Assembly (NCBI GenBank): GCA_951406725.2
Contig: OX597822.1
Span: forward strand, 58,094,001 to 58,158,000
Origin: Octopus vulgaris
Lineage: Eukaryota
DNA length: 64,000 bases
Direction: 5' to 3'
Position 1 is the stretch's first letter, and each line of letters begins with the position of its first letter. The notes under the pieces were generated by a model that saw only the letters and a list, made by a program, of their open reading frames with translations, did not search any database and was not told the origin of the DNA. The position numbers and the translations under genes were made by a program. Below are positions 11,487 through 25,635 of this stretch, piece after piece.

Positions 11487-14166
11487 TGTATATATATAAA
11501 AATATTCTTTTACTTGTTTCAGTCATTTGACTGCAGCCATGCTTGAGCATCGCCTTTTAGTCGAAGAAATCGACCTCAGGACTTATTCATTGTAATCCCG
11601 GTACTTATTCTATCGGTCTCTTAGGCCGGACCGCTAAGTGACGGGGACGTAAACACACCAACATTGGTTGTCAAGCGATGGTGAGGGGCGGAGGGGGAAA
11701 ACACACACACACATACGACGAGCTTCTTTTCAGTTCCACTTACAAGGCTTTGGTCGGCCCGAGGCTAATAGTAGAAGACACCTGCCCAAGGTATCACGCA
11801 GTGGGACTGAACCTGGAACCATGTGGTTGGGAAGCAAGCTCTTTTACTATACATCCACGCTGCGTCTACATATATATATATACACACACACAGAAGGGGG
11901 TAGATAGATAGATAGATGGAAATGTGTTTGTGTATCTGTGCTTGTTGTCCCGTCCCTGATTGACAACTGATGTTGTTTTGCGGCAATAAGAGATCGATAG
12001 AATAAGGACCAGGCTTAAAAATACGTATCGGGGTCGATTTATTCGACTAAATCCAGCATGGCCGCCGCCGCAAGTGTGAATCAAGTGAAAGATAATGATA
12101 GTTAAGTGCAGGTCATTGTGGTTGCTATGAAGAGCCGAAATGACCAAAAAAAAAAAAAAAACTTATACAGGAGAGAGTGTCTGATCTTTAGTAGCTGTCG
12201 TGACAGTAACGTGTCTAAACATGTTTGAGTCTTATTGAACCTCCTCAGCCAAACATGGCTATCTGATTACATATTAAATTACAGATTTTGTAGTTTTGGT
12301 GCGAAGAAAATTCACAAAGAAAAGATTCACTTCTGCTCTTTTTCACTTTTTGATTATGTTTTGCTTGTTTCAGTCATGAGACTGCGACCATGCTGGGGCA
12401 CTATCTTGAGGAATTTCTAGTCGAATGAATCGACCCCAGTACTTATTTTTAAGTCTTGTACCTATTCTACTGGTCCCTTACGCTGAACCTCTACGATACT
12501 GGGACATAAACAACATTGACTCACACACACACGCGACGAGTTTCCACGCAAGTTTCCGTCCATCAATCTCACTCATATGGTATTGCTCAGCCCGGGGCTA
12601 TAGTAGAAGACACCTTCCAAGTTACCGTGCAGTGGGATTGAATCCGAAACGAAGTTGTTGCAAAGAGGGTTTCCTAACCACACAGCCATGTCTCCTTCAC
12701 ATTGAAATGATAATTTCGATTGGTTAAACATTATTTCTGACTCTCCACATTGGGTATAATGACCTGCAGTTAACTAATATATGTTCAGTATTAAAATACT
12801 TAAGGCAGTGAGCATTACGAATCGAATTAGGAATACTAATGGTTGATATTCATGCCATTCTTTTAAGGGTTCACGGTTGTCACGCCCAACATCCAGATTA
12901 ATTTCGTAACACGTGTGAAATTATTATTCAAATCGATGAGATGCTTATGGTGAGTGAAACCCGAGTCGCATTCGGCTTAAAAGGTGATTTCTATTCGGTG
13001 TGTCAGGTTATGGGGTACAAATTGTTGGAGACAGTTACATAAAAGACAGTGGATTCATCATTAGGGTATATGGAAAGGAACGTGCTCGAGATTAACTCAA
13101 GGAGTACACTCCTTGATTTTCCCTGGTATTATTTCCCGAGTGAGTTTGTTGAACTGACCCATGACAAAAAGATAAAGAAAAAAAAAAGCTCAACAGTAAT
13201 TAATGATCACTTTGGGTTTCAGCGCATGCAGTCTTTCTAACAGGCAGAGCCTATAAATACGTATGTGTATGTTGGGAGTATGGAGGAGATCTACGAACAA
13301 TACTCCAAGTGGAGTAATCGTGTTATTTGTCTCTAAGCTTTCAAATCAAACAGGACTGGAAAAATGGAGTTTACTCTGGCCCAGGACCTAAAGGAGTCAA
13401 AATGTTGGTTATATCGTCTTTTGAATTAGTTGTTTAGTTTCACTTAGTGTGAGTGTAGTCCATATTACAGGTAGGTTTATAGGTGAGGGTCAATATCCAT
13501 TTTCGGCTGTGGCGTGTGAGGCTGGAAAGGGTATTATCTAGGCAAGAAAAATGGAAGCTGAGAAAGTGTATGTCTGAAATACAACACAGGAAATCTGAAA
13601 TGATTTTTTTTCTCACCACGTAATGAATTAGAGAAGACCAACGTTCTGGAGAGCAAGTGTGAGCCCTGGCAGGAAGTATAGTAGAGGTAACACGAATGAT
13701 GGGAAGAACGAAATATAGGTTGAATTAGGAGTGCCTGAGGAGTAGAGGTTATCGAATAGCAGTAGGAAAACAGAAATTGGAGACAGCACATCACTGGGTC
13801 AGAGGCTAAAACGAGAGACGTGTGTGTATGTGTGTGTGTGACCAGTTCTGGTCTTCGGAAAATTAAACTACTGTGGAGCTCATGTGAGTTTTCTTGAGGG
13901 TTAGTAATGTTGGAGGACTGAAATATTTTCTGATTCTGAAGAGAAAAAGACCACTCTTTGAGATGCATTGGAAGAGGTGCGTTTACTCGAAGCGGTCCTC
14001 AGTGAATGCGAGGAAGAGCATTTGAGGAGATCGTGAGGGTTTCTAGTTCTATGGTGTTTATGTTTACATGATGGAAGTGGGATATAGTTTTTTTTTTTCT
14101 CCTTTTGATATGTGTAATGATTGTGTCCTTTTTGGTGTTGAAGGGACACCACACCAGCAGAGGTCA

Positions 14167-14232
<66 letters not shown>

Positions 14233-14940
14233 ACACGTGTACTTTTAGAACCATGTTTATTAGACTGCTATTTTCAGACTTTTCCTTACATATATTTTTA
14301 GACTTGTATATACGCTCACACGCACACACACACACATACATACACACACACACACACACACATACACACGCACACATTCTTGTAAAAGTTGCTTAGAATA
14401 CCTGACCTTTTCCTCTGTGACGACTTTTCTGCCTTATCGACTAAACAGGACTGACTTAAGAGGCGTCTTATAAACATATATTACTATCAATGTATTTATT
14501 TATTCCAGACTTGTTCCACTTTAACAAATTCGATTCACTCTCCTCCCTTAAAGACTAACTCTCTCACACACTAAGACACCAGACTTAAGATAGAATGTTT
14601 CTTTGTCTAATACCTCCTCCCCTCCTCTTCCCGCTTGCCCATCACACACATTTCTATTTAATACTTTAACGAGATTAAACTTCTCCAATCGGAATTTCGT
14701 TATAGTCAGTCTATAGTCTCACTAATCTTTTATTTACTATCTTTGTGTGTATGTGTATATGATCCTCCTTACTTATTTCGCTGGGTCTGTCTGTCTGTCT
14801 ATCTGTCTGTGTCACTCTCTCTCATGCACATACACACACAGAGACATTATATACATCCTCTTTTTATTCTGACCACGGTATGTGTGTGTTTGTGTGTATT
14901 TTACGACTGTAAATATTGAAAACTTAACTTACTTACTGAA

Positions 14941-15170
14941 GGCGGCGAGCTGGCAGAAACGTTAGCACGCCGGGCGAAATGCTAAGCAGTATTTTGTCTG
15001 CCGCTACGTTCTGAGTTCAAATTCCGCCGAGGTCGACTTTGCCTTTCATCCCTTTCGGGGTCGATTAAATAAGTACCAGTTAATATAATCGACTTAATCT
15101 GCTTGTCTGTTCCTGTTTTTCCCCTCTGTGTTTAGCCCCTTGTGGGTAGTAAAGAAATAGGTATTTCGTC
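14941..15170 (+). mobile_element. SINE family A with 3' run-on into its own internal sequence
   Basis: Full unit followed by GGTATTTCGTC. Confidence 0.88.
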
Positions 15171-15729
15171 TTACTACGATTATGTATGCCATTCAGACGC
15201 AAGACCCTACGTACTCTTCCCTTCTATTCCTGACTCTCCTTCTGAACATTTCGCTCAATTTCTTTATGAATGTATTCCAACCATAACAGGATTTTGGAAA
15301 GAAAATTTGTAATGCAAAACAAAACTGTTTTCCCATTCTGGAGGCAAGGAAGTGGCCTGTCACACTTGCACGGGTCCCTCCTTGGGTTTCTGGGTCCTAA
15401 ACGGATGCACCAGCTGAACCATCCTCTCATTGGTCCTGCTTTCACACATCAGTGACTTCCTTAGTGTAAAGGGCCAGCAAAGAGGTGCACGTCAATCACA
15501 ACCATTATAAATGTTTAAGAATGTAATCTAAGCTTTGGAAAATCCATACTAATGTTCTTCAGCAGCATTTCCCAACTGAGATTTACAGGAACCCTAGGCT
15601 TCCATGAGAGGTTGCTAGTTTTGTGCAAAATAGTGATAAACAGGCTAATTTATATGCAAGTGAATTTTTTAGTCCATATTCATAACTTTTTTTAATATGC
15701 ATGACATCTATATATTGTTGTTTGTTTGT

Positions 15730-16026
15730 TTGTTCCTTCTCGAGCCATGGCTGGTTTCCCAGTTTCATTGACGTATAGGTTCCCCACCTGGATGGGACAC
15801 CAGCCTTGCACAAGTGAGCTGTTATTTGCAGGAGGAAAGAGTGAGAAAAAGTTGTGGTGAAAGAGTTAGCAGAAGTTCGCCTTCTGCTGGAGCCACCTTC
15901 TGCTGGAGCCATGTGGAGCTTGGGTATTTTGCTCATAAACACACACATCACCCAGTCTGAGATTCAAACCTATGATCCCTCAACTGCGAGTCTACTGCTC
16001 TAACCACTAGTCTATGTTCCTCCACA
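15730..16026 (-). mobile_element. tRNA-derived SINE family C
   Basis: Shares head and tail with 45045-45302; related heads near 9856, 40884, 53557 and 60935. Confidence 0.7.
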
Positions 16027-17243
16027 TTTATATGTAGTAGTAGGAATATATATGATTAACAATCTGCATGAAGTAAGAAGACCCTAGGGAATTTATAGGT
16101 TGTTAAAGACCCTATGTGAAAAATGATCTCATAACAGAGAATTGTAAGGAAATTTGGTCTACTGGTCTAAACCAAATCTTGGTTGAGACCAAATTTCATA
16201 AACCTTTCTTGATAGCTAGCATTGCGAGGAAAATTTTTACAGGTAAGTTTAGGATTTGATTTATCTCTTATGAACTTTATGAAAGAAAATGAAAAGATGA
16301 ATAAATTAATAAAGATATATAATCATTTTTATGGAATGTATTTCAAAGTTTCCCCACTCTTGAGCATCATCATGATAATGATAAACATGCTCTTCATAAT
16401 TTGCGTGTGTGTGCATGTGTTAATAGCAAAACTGTTTGTTATATGAAAATATGATTAATAAAACAAAGTAATAGTTTTCTAAATGTTTAAATTTAAACGA
16501 GGTTTGGGCAACCTTTTTCGAGAAGTGGGCTGATCAGATATGGCTCATCATCAGGCATGTCATTCAGAAAGTCTTGTGGATTGCAGTTTGCCCATGACAG
16601 CTTTATATCATTTCTTTTTTAACCTTCGATATGAAATGTGCTAGTATTTTTTCTCTCCCCATAATGTCCAATGAGCCAAGAAATCAGAAAGAACCTCCAA
16701 AGACACTAGTCTTCATTCTATATTTGCTGCCTGTACAAACAATGCCTCCTTAAAAATGCACATCTTCAAAACATCCTTCCAACGGATGAAGCATAACAAC
16801 CCAGTTTTCTTCAACTGTGTCTCTACATGACCGCTCGACCAACTAGAAATACCAGCTAAATATCCTTGAAATATATCTTACCACATAAAGAATATTTATG
16901 CATTTTTTAATACATTTCTATCAAGCAATCTTAGTGAGTTATCCTATTTTGATGTGTTTACAAATATGTTTATATATTGTAACACTGCTTCTCTTCTTTG
17001 AGAGTTTGAAGAATTAAGATCATGCAACTCAGCGTAGCGATTCAAGAAGATTCAATTTTTAATAGAATATACAAACACTATGTATTGCATGTGTGTGTGC
17101 ACATGTACACATGGATATACGTGTGTGTTTATATATATATGTAATATGTACATATACACACATATCATACAATTGTACTAATTTTAACTGTTATGAGGTT
17201 TTTTTTTCATATTTTCCTGACTTTCTTCAATACATATATTACA

Positions 17244-18506
17244 TAAGGGTGTGATGGTTAAATTGTCGCCATTTTATATTTTCAATTTGATGCATGTACA
17301 TGGGTTGTTTTTGATTTTGTCGACTACACAGTATATGGGCACCATCTGTAAGAAAAACAGCACCATGATGCAATTAACTCTGCCAGAAATTTGGAAACAA
17401 CAGGCTGTACTGCTTGGCATTTGCAACAGAAGCTCCGATACAAACATTTCAGAGTGTTTGGATGTCAATCTGTGGACAGTGCAGAGGATTCGGAAAGATT
17501 TGGAGGAGTCTTAATGGTAATTGTGAAGGTATGGCAGCTTGGAAAACTCGCTCTGATCATTCTGATAAGAAAAGAACCCCTGAATTGGTGAGATCCAGGC
17601 CACAATTGACAATGATTCCTACAAGTCAATCAGGTCCATCGCCAGAGAATTGGGAGTTTATGAGTTTCTTATCAGGCAGATAGTGCATGAAGGCATTCGC
17701 TATTCCTCATACAAGATGAGAAAGGGCCAGTTTTATCTCAAGCTATCGAGAACAAGAGGAAAGACTGTGCTATGAAGCTTTTGAATAAAATTAAGCATCC
17801 CCTCTCAGAATAGAAAAATTTCTGCCAGGATCATCTGGTCAACACACAAAACAACCATTGGTTTGCCATGTCCCCAAAACGTACTGAGAGTGAAAAAATT
17901 CAAACATCCAGTCAACATCATGGTATTTGGAGTGATCACTAGTGATGGCATTGTTATGCCCCCGTTCATTTTTCCACACGGCCTCAGACTCAACGTGGAG
18001 GCCAACATCAATTGCCTGAAGAAGGTAGTGCTGCCCTGGGTCGAAAGGATCGCTGCTGGAAGACCCTATGTCTGGCAACAGGACTCTGCACCATGCCACA
18101 CAAGCAGAAGTACCTAGTTATCGCTGTCAGACAATTTCTGTGACCACATTACCCCTAACATCTGGCCACTTAACACCTCAAACTGCAAAATCCTTGATTA
18201 TTAGGTGTGGGGTGCAGTTGATCAAGAGACCAACAAAATTCCTTGTAACACCAAAGATGAACTGAAAGCAAGGATTATGGCAGCATTCACCAACTTACAC
18301 AAGGAGACCATCCAGAAGAGTTGCAGGAGATTCTGAAGTCATCTGGAGGCCATCGTTGAAGCCAATATCAATTTTATTGAATGAATTTACTCTTTAGTAT
18401 TTCAAGATATTTTTATGTAATTTTGGTAAATATATCTATTAAAATGAGAAGTCAGTGTTTTCCTTTTTGTGTAATTTAAATGACAATTTATTCACTGCAC
18501 CCTGTA
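17244..18506 (+). mobile_element. Near full-length decayed D37D (maT) transposon
   Basis: TIRs AGGGTGTGATGGTTAAATTGTC / GACAATTTATTCACTGCACCCT; transposase KHPVNIMVFGVITSDG...WQQDSAPCH; many stops and frameshifts. Confidence 0.9.
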
Positions 18507-18625
18507 TCTATATATATATAATTACAATTATCACAAATTCTGGAGTTAATTAAAACAATCTGCTGTCTGAATATCTATGAATATATAGATGTATATATGT
18601 AATATGTATGATGATGTATACATGT

Positions 18626-18674
<49 letters not shown>

Positions 18675-19436
18675 TTTTGAGAATTATGTAAGAGTAATGA
18701 TGTGAAGGGGAGAGGTAGGCTGAACAATGTAGGTAGGCCTAAGAAACTTGTCTCCTATCCCTTTTTTTCACTCTGAAAGAAAAAGGGAAAAAATAAATGG
18801 ATAGGGGACAGGTCTCTTTGAACAGCATCTCTCACTGCCACCTGCCATTAATGAAAGGTGGGTTATGTCTGAGTCTGAAGGATGGGTATGTGGTGGTGTT
18901 GGGTATTTTAGCTAGTGCAGCACTTTCTGTTGTTGTTGGAGGGGAGGCATGTCTTGTAAGAGAGTGTAGGGTAGCATCCTAGCAGTAGGTGGGTCTAGGT
19001 TGGGTAGAAAAAAAGGGGGGAACAAGAGACAGAGGAGTAGCAGTGTTTGGGGTTGGACAACAAAAGTTTTGGGTAATTATAGAGCTGTGTTGGGTACACA
19101 CAGACAGATGGGACATACACACTCAGTGGTGTAGGTAGAGCGGGTGAGGAGTTTTGTGTTGATAGATGGAAGAGAGGGGTGGGAGGACAAGAGAGGCAGG
19201 TGAGAAGAATGTTCTATAGGATGAGAGTAAGGAGTGTCTGGGGTGCAGAGGTGGTGTGTGTGTGTGTGTGAAAATATATAGTGTGTTTAAAATTGCATGT
19301 ATACCAATAGTGTGTATGTATATATATATATAGTACACATCACCAACAGCTTGAATTAATCAAAATTCACGCCACTGGTTCATTAGAGTGATTTGTTTTA
19401 GCTTAGATTGTGTAATTATATATATATATATATATA

Positions 19437-19825
19437 GGCGTAGGAGTGGCTGTGTGGTAAGTAGCTTGCTTACCAACCACATGGTTCCAGGTTCAGTCCC
19501 ACTGCATGGCACCTTGGGCAAGTGTCTTCTACTATAGCCTCGGGCCGACCAAAGCCTTGTGAGTGGATTTGGTAGCCGGAAACTGAAAGAAGCCTGTCGT
19601 ATATATGTATGTGTGTGTGTATGTATGTGTGTCTGTGTTTGTCCTCAACATCGCTTGACAGCCGATGCTGGTGTGTTTATGTCCCCGTAACTTAGCGGTT
19701 CGGTAAAAGAGATCGATAGAATAAGTATTAGGGTTACAAAGAATAAGTCTTGGGGTCGATTTGCTCAACTAAAGGCGGTGCTCCAGCATGGCCACTGTCA
19801 AATGACTAAAACAAGTAAAAGAGTA
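19437..19825 (+). mobile_element. SINE family B, full length
   Basis: GGCGTAGGAGTGGCTGTGTGGTAAG head to ACAAGTAAAAGAG tail. Confidence 0.9.
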
Positions 19826-20869
19826 TATATACAACCATTAAATTATATATATATATATAATTTAATGGTAGTTTTTATGCTCATTTATAATAAAAACAAT
19901 TTTATATTTCTCTATATTTTTGAAGAGTACAAATTTATTATTCTTTAACAAGAATATTATTGACATTTGACTTCAAGGTTTCAACCATTGTTGTGTGTGT
20001 GTGTGTATATCTTTTAACTTTTACTTGTTTCAGTCATTAGACTGTGGTCATGCTGGGGCATCAACTTGAAGAATTTTAGTTGAATGAATCAACCCCAGTA
20101 CTTAGTTCTTTGTATTTATTTTTTTAAGTCTTGTTTTTATTCTATTGGTCTCTTGTGCCAAACTGACTGTTATGTACCAGTCATATTAGTACCCCTCAGT
20201 GAAACATAGACTTCATGGTACTTGATGGAAGATTGATGAGACAATCTCTAAGTAGCTGTACAATGTCTTCATTCTCAGTCACCTTTGACCTGGTAAGTTA
20301 TGGTTAGTCTGTACATGGCTGTGGAGATTTCATAAGGCTGAAATATATCTGTCACTGAACTTCCACTAGTTGCCTCTCTTGACAAGAATTTTCATTGAAC
20401 ATTTTTTTTTCTCACAATGATTGTAAGTTAAATTAATTAAATATTAGTAGGAAATTGCCATATTAAGTATATTATCCACCCTTGCTTATTTAACTATATG
20501 TTCCTTGTGCAGAAGACAGGGGGGAAGGGATGTTCAGTCAGTAAATACAACTGTCTCCTGGATTTGTCAAAAATAATTAAATATTCAGTTACTTTCTCAT
20601 TAAGTAATTGTTTTCTAATGAGATCTTTGATGGTGAAAATGTGTGGCCAAGTTTTTAGGGCATTACACTCATGACAACAAGGACATGGTTTCAATTTCCC
20701 AGGCTTGGTGGTGCATTGTGGTCTTGGTTACTTCTACATCTTGGAAACTCGATAACTGCCCCTCACTGCCCCTATAAGTTCTAAGTCTTGAGACAGTTAT
20801 GTGTGGGGGGTTGATGATGAAGTTGATCTCTGATCACTCTGTATTAAATATGTTAACACTAACTTAAAT

Positions 20870-21320
20870 CATAGTCATGGCTAATGCTGGTGTCACGTAA
20901 CTGGCACCCATGCCGGTGGCACGTTAAGAGTACCTTTTGAGGGTTGGACCTTGCAGAGTCAAAGTGGCTGAGTTCCTTTCAAGCATTGGACCTCACAGAA
21001 GCAAAATGGCTAAGTTACTTTCAAGCGTTGGGCCTCATGGAGGCAATGACCAAGACCTTTGGCATTATGTCATGCTTGAGAAGACCCATCAAGTTGAGCA
21101 AAATTGCAGTTGTGGCAGATTCCGGTGTCACACAAATGGCATGTAAAAGCACCTATTACACTCTTGGAGTGGTTGGCATTAAGAAGGGAATCCAGCCATA
21201 GAAAACCATAACAAATCAAACTGGAGTCTGGTGCAGCCTTTCAGCTTACCAGCCCTGGTCAAACCATCCAACCCACGCCAGCATGGACAACAGATTTTAA
21301 ATGATGATGATGATGATAAT
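20870..21320 (+). mobile_element. RTE-type LINE 3' end or derived SINE with (GAT)n tail
   Basis: Shared CCAACCCA(T/C)GC(T/C)AGCATGGA...TTAAATGATGATGAT tail also at 41520-41803, 54306-54510 and 56470-56638(-); linked to RTE RT sequence at 48180-48800. Confidence 0.7.
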
Positions 21321-22429
21321 AACTTAACTATTGTTTTCATGTCTTCAAAAGTCTTCTACTGTAGATCCAGGGCCAACCAAAGCTAAGTGATTAGATTTAG
21401 TAGAAACTGAAAGAAGCCTGTTACGTATGTGTGTGTTCATGTTCCTATGACTTGCCTTGCTCATAGTAAACAGATGTCACCACTACTCAAGTAGTGTCAT
21501 TGGGCTGTTTCTGTTCAAAGGACTAGGGGAAATATGATCTTATTTGGAAACAGGTGAGAGTTGGTGACAGGAAAGGCATTCAGCTGTAGAAAATCTACCT
21601 TAACAAATTTTATCAGCTCCATATAAGCATGGAAAAGAGGATGTTGTGATGGTGGTGGTGGTGTCACTAAATAATTAACCGTAGTAATTTATGTTTTCAA
21701 ATAAAAGGTTGACGAGACATTAAATAAAAATTCTTGATTCAGTTAATTGCAACTATATCACCAAGCTAAAGTAATATAAATAGTGTTAAGCAGGTGAGAA
21801 ATAACTCTTCTCCTGGATAGGTCACCAGTCTATTCTTATGATCAATATGGAATAAAATCTTCTGCTCAAAAACTTAACAAATACCTGCGGAGGGATTTCA
21901 ACTCACAACCTATGAGCAACTAGTTTGACACTTCATCTACACCATCATGTCTCCTCTACACTCTACAGTGCAGTCAAGTGACTTGCTAAAAATAGCAACC
22001 ACATGTCCCACAAATCACACCCTAATGCCTTTAAGAACAAAAGGGGAAGGTGATAAAGGTTGGAATACTTTTGAACATAAATCTGCTTAATCAGCACTAA
22101 CCTACAGTTAAACAACCACATACTATAATGAAAGCCTATAAATTGAAGCCCCATACCAACAACAACAACAACAATAATATCTCAGATAAAATATTGATTT
22201 GAAATTTTTGGTACAAGGCCTGCAATTTAGTGGGGGGTGTAATTGGATTACATCGACCCAAGTGCTTAGCTGGTACTAATTTAATCAACCCTGAAAGGAT
22301 GAAAGGTTAAGTTGACTTTGTTGGAATTTGAACTCAGAATGTAAAGACAGATGAAATGCCACTAAGCATTTTGCCTGTTGTACTAATAATTTGGTCAACT
22401 TACTGCCTTAACCTCAAAGAAAATATTAA

Positions 22430-22648
22430 CCCTTTAGTGTTCAGATTATTCTATCAAACATAATGCTTATTGATTCCCATTGATTTGAATTAATCATGTA
22501 TTATCTCATATCTTCAAGATCTTGATGGTGTAATTACTTAATATAGAATAACATTGTAGGGCAGGTGTGAGGGCCTGGATCTGGTCACTTTGAACATAAA
22601 ACAGATTAAATATTTTGGCCGGATATGGCCGGTTTAAATACTAAAGTG
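22430..22648. mobile_element. piggyBac-like MITE
   Basis: TTAA TSDs; CCCTTTAG.../...CTAAAGTG ends; sister copies at 36237-36442 and 44082-44288 (inverted). Confidence 0.8.
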
Positions 22649-22777
22649 TTAAAGATTGTTTGTGTGGTAACCTACCTTTTACACCATGTTTTGATAACTG
22701 ATAGCTAAGGCTCAACTGTATCGAATACAGGAGCTTGACTTACAGAAAAAAATAATCCCCTCAGATCACATTTATAC

Positions 22778-23112
22778 TAATGGTTCTCAACCAGGGTCCA
22801 TATGTCCCACATAAGATTTTTTGGGGTCCACGCAAGCAAAATAGTTAATTAGGGATCCAATGCAGTATATTAAGGGTCCAGGAAAAAATTTTGCTTTAGA
22901 TGTGCCTGTTGCAAGAAACAGCTTGGTTTCTTTCTCTAACATTTTACATAGTTCAAACTACACAAGTTAATGTGTGAAAAACAAAATAGGAATTTTGAAA
23001 GAAGTTTGTATAAAACTAATTTTTAAACATCGAATGGTTATGTTTGGGTGGGCATCAAAGTAAAATAGTAATCAAAGGGGTCCACATGTAAAAAAATGAT
23101 TGAGAATTACTG
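22778..23112. mobile_element. hAT MITE (empty-site sister of 6228-7788)
   Basis: TAATGGTTCTCAAC / ATTGAGAATTACTG ends; colinear with the split copy. Confidence 0.8.
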
Positions 23113-25069
23113 GTCTCTATATTGGATGAGGTTACCATTTCAAACAGCCAACCAAATCAGTTTTAATATTTTCTGTGAGACAATATTATTCTTTTTTTAG
23201 TCCAAGACCTCAATTTCTAGGGGTTTGATAAAGTCTGTTTCAGGTACAGAGTACTAGACGTTGTAGGGTGCAGCTGGAGTAGAGTATAGTAGGGATAGGG
23301 TAGAGAGTAAGAGACAGAGTATCATGTATTGAATCAACAATGGCTGTGTATGACTACTACTACTACTTATTTTATTAACTCTGAGAAGTCTGGAGAAAGG
23401 AAAAACACCACTTTCAAGATTTGAACTTAGAACCTCATAAATAAAGCCTAACTAAAATACGGATCTAGTTTTTTAGCATTCGCAAAATATGCATTTTTTA
23501 AAAGACAGTGAAAAATCTGAAAATTGGCTATAATAATAAAGTTTTCCAATCTAATTGCTATGAAGGTATGATATTGTGGAGAAAAAGTGTAATTTAAAAT
23601 TTAGTGTCTCTTCATTGTAGGTTTCTAAATAAACAGAAATACCTAATAAAATCAACATGTATCATCTTACTGTTTCTTTTACATTGATTGTATGTTATTA
23701 TTATTATTATTTTTAATTTGTAATAATTAATATATTTGTCTGCATGTGTTTCCTGTATGCGTATTTCAGTATTATGAGTACCTGTCATGTATTTGTGTAC
23801 ATTATTAACATATAAGTGGATGTGTGTGCATGAAAAGAGAGCGTCTGTCTCCAAAACATTGAAGTTGAGTAATGTTTTCATGCTTGGATTTGTAAACTAT
23901 GATAAGAATAACACTGGTCAGCAAAGAATTTGTCTCACGAAAAAGGATATCTGTATCTTATATGTTTTTGCATGCAGAATTCAAAAAGAATGTCAAATTA
24001 TCTGTACTAAGTTCATATATTCCATTCACCTTCATAATGCTGGGAAACTGTATAAACATTGCAAATAACTTTTGCTATGTAAGAAAAATACATAAAATAT
24101 TAAGACAATTGCCGAAAAATATCTATACTAAAATCCCAATTGATAAATATAAATTTTAATTAAAACAAAACATGCAAGTGAAGTAAATCTCGTAGCGTGA
24201 AGAATCAACACAACATGCAGGTGGAACACAACACAATGTGTGGTTGTCATGGTAACAAGTTGTTAATGCCTCACTGTCTGTTGATTGGCTAAAATTACCC
24301 AAATTTCCCAACTTTAATTCCAGATTCTTTAATTTATGGGATAAAGCAATTGGTTGATCATAATCAAAATTCAGAGTTGCATCGATACACCAAAATCGAA
24401 AGCTATCTGAGCAAAATTAAAGTGGGGCTCATTTTGCAAATGAAAAAGATTAGATCCTGTTGTTTCTACTATTGTACAGTTTTTCTAGGGGACAATATTG
24501 CTGTCCTAATCTGTTGCATTAAATTAGATTGTGAAATGTACACATATACAATGTACCTGCAGTCACACATACAATCTACAAACACACACTCACATACATA
24601 CATACATACATTGGTACCCACAGGTGGGTGTTGTTAGTGAAAAGGTCTCTCTAGATTAATTATACACTGTTTAACAAACAGGCAGTAGAATAATAGGAAC
24701 TATGCTAATCTCATTAGTTACTGACAATAGATCAATGGGAAATAGGAAGGGTAGAGTAGTGGTGAAAGAAAACAGCAATGAAGATAATCCTAGCTTTTGG
24801 TCCTTCAGTGAATATGTATATATAAACAGGCACAAAAATCCATACATGCACACAAATATTCACAAATTTCTTTAGACAATTTTTTCATACAAATAGCTAT
24901 ACAAGGTATTCATACTCATTTCCTTAAACACAAGCATGCTCAAAGAGCCATACATGGAATATGAAAGACAAAACTTTGTGTAGTATAAGAGTGAAGGAGA
25001 AAGAGAGTTTATACTTAACTCTATATATTTACTAAAGTAGAAATATTATTATTTCTAAGTCTCTCTAAA

Positions 25070-25635
25070 GGAGACTACGGCAGCGGTACTGGATATTAAT
25101 AATCACCAAGCTAATGTGGCAGTCCATAAATATAGGACGAAAGCTGCCGTTGATTAACTCCAAGAGGCCATTGCCTCTATCTAGCTATGTGACACACAAA
25201 CCTGTGTCCATTATAACCTTCGAACAGGAGAGGTCAGCTGCTTCCTCTTCTTGGTCAGGCATCTGCAGACTAGTGTCAGGGTATTTGCCCTTTATCAATG
25301 CAGAGTAGTCGAACCCAGCAGGCTACGCTACTGACCATCTGTTCGAAGGATTATTTACCTAAATTCAGTGGAATACATCCACTGGTTTTCAAAAATAGAA
25401 ATATCTATATATTTACTGTTTTAGTTTTTCTTTCACTTATAATCTTGTCAATTATATCATTTTCGCACCTGACATCACAAAATGCGTCTGAATAAACATT
25501 GCCGGACAGCAAGTAGAGACTCGGACATTGCTTAGAAAATATTTTACATTTTTAACCTCATATATAGTACGTACTAGGGATTTTGACCTTTAAATTTTGG
25601 GAAAAAAGTGTGGATTATACTCGAAGATTTACGAT
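25070..25635. mobile_element. pogo/Tigger-like element fragment (one end)
   Basis: Terminal TTATACTCGAAGATTTACGATA resembles the reverse complement of a TACCGTAAATCCTCGAGTATAA-type TIR; left boundary uncertain. Confidence 0.45.

Noticed and set aside
13250-13480. TATAAATA followed by short ATG frames and a CAG|GTAGGT donor
   Set aside because: Could be a first exon, but such motifs are common in AT-rich DNA and the frames close quickly
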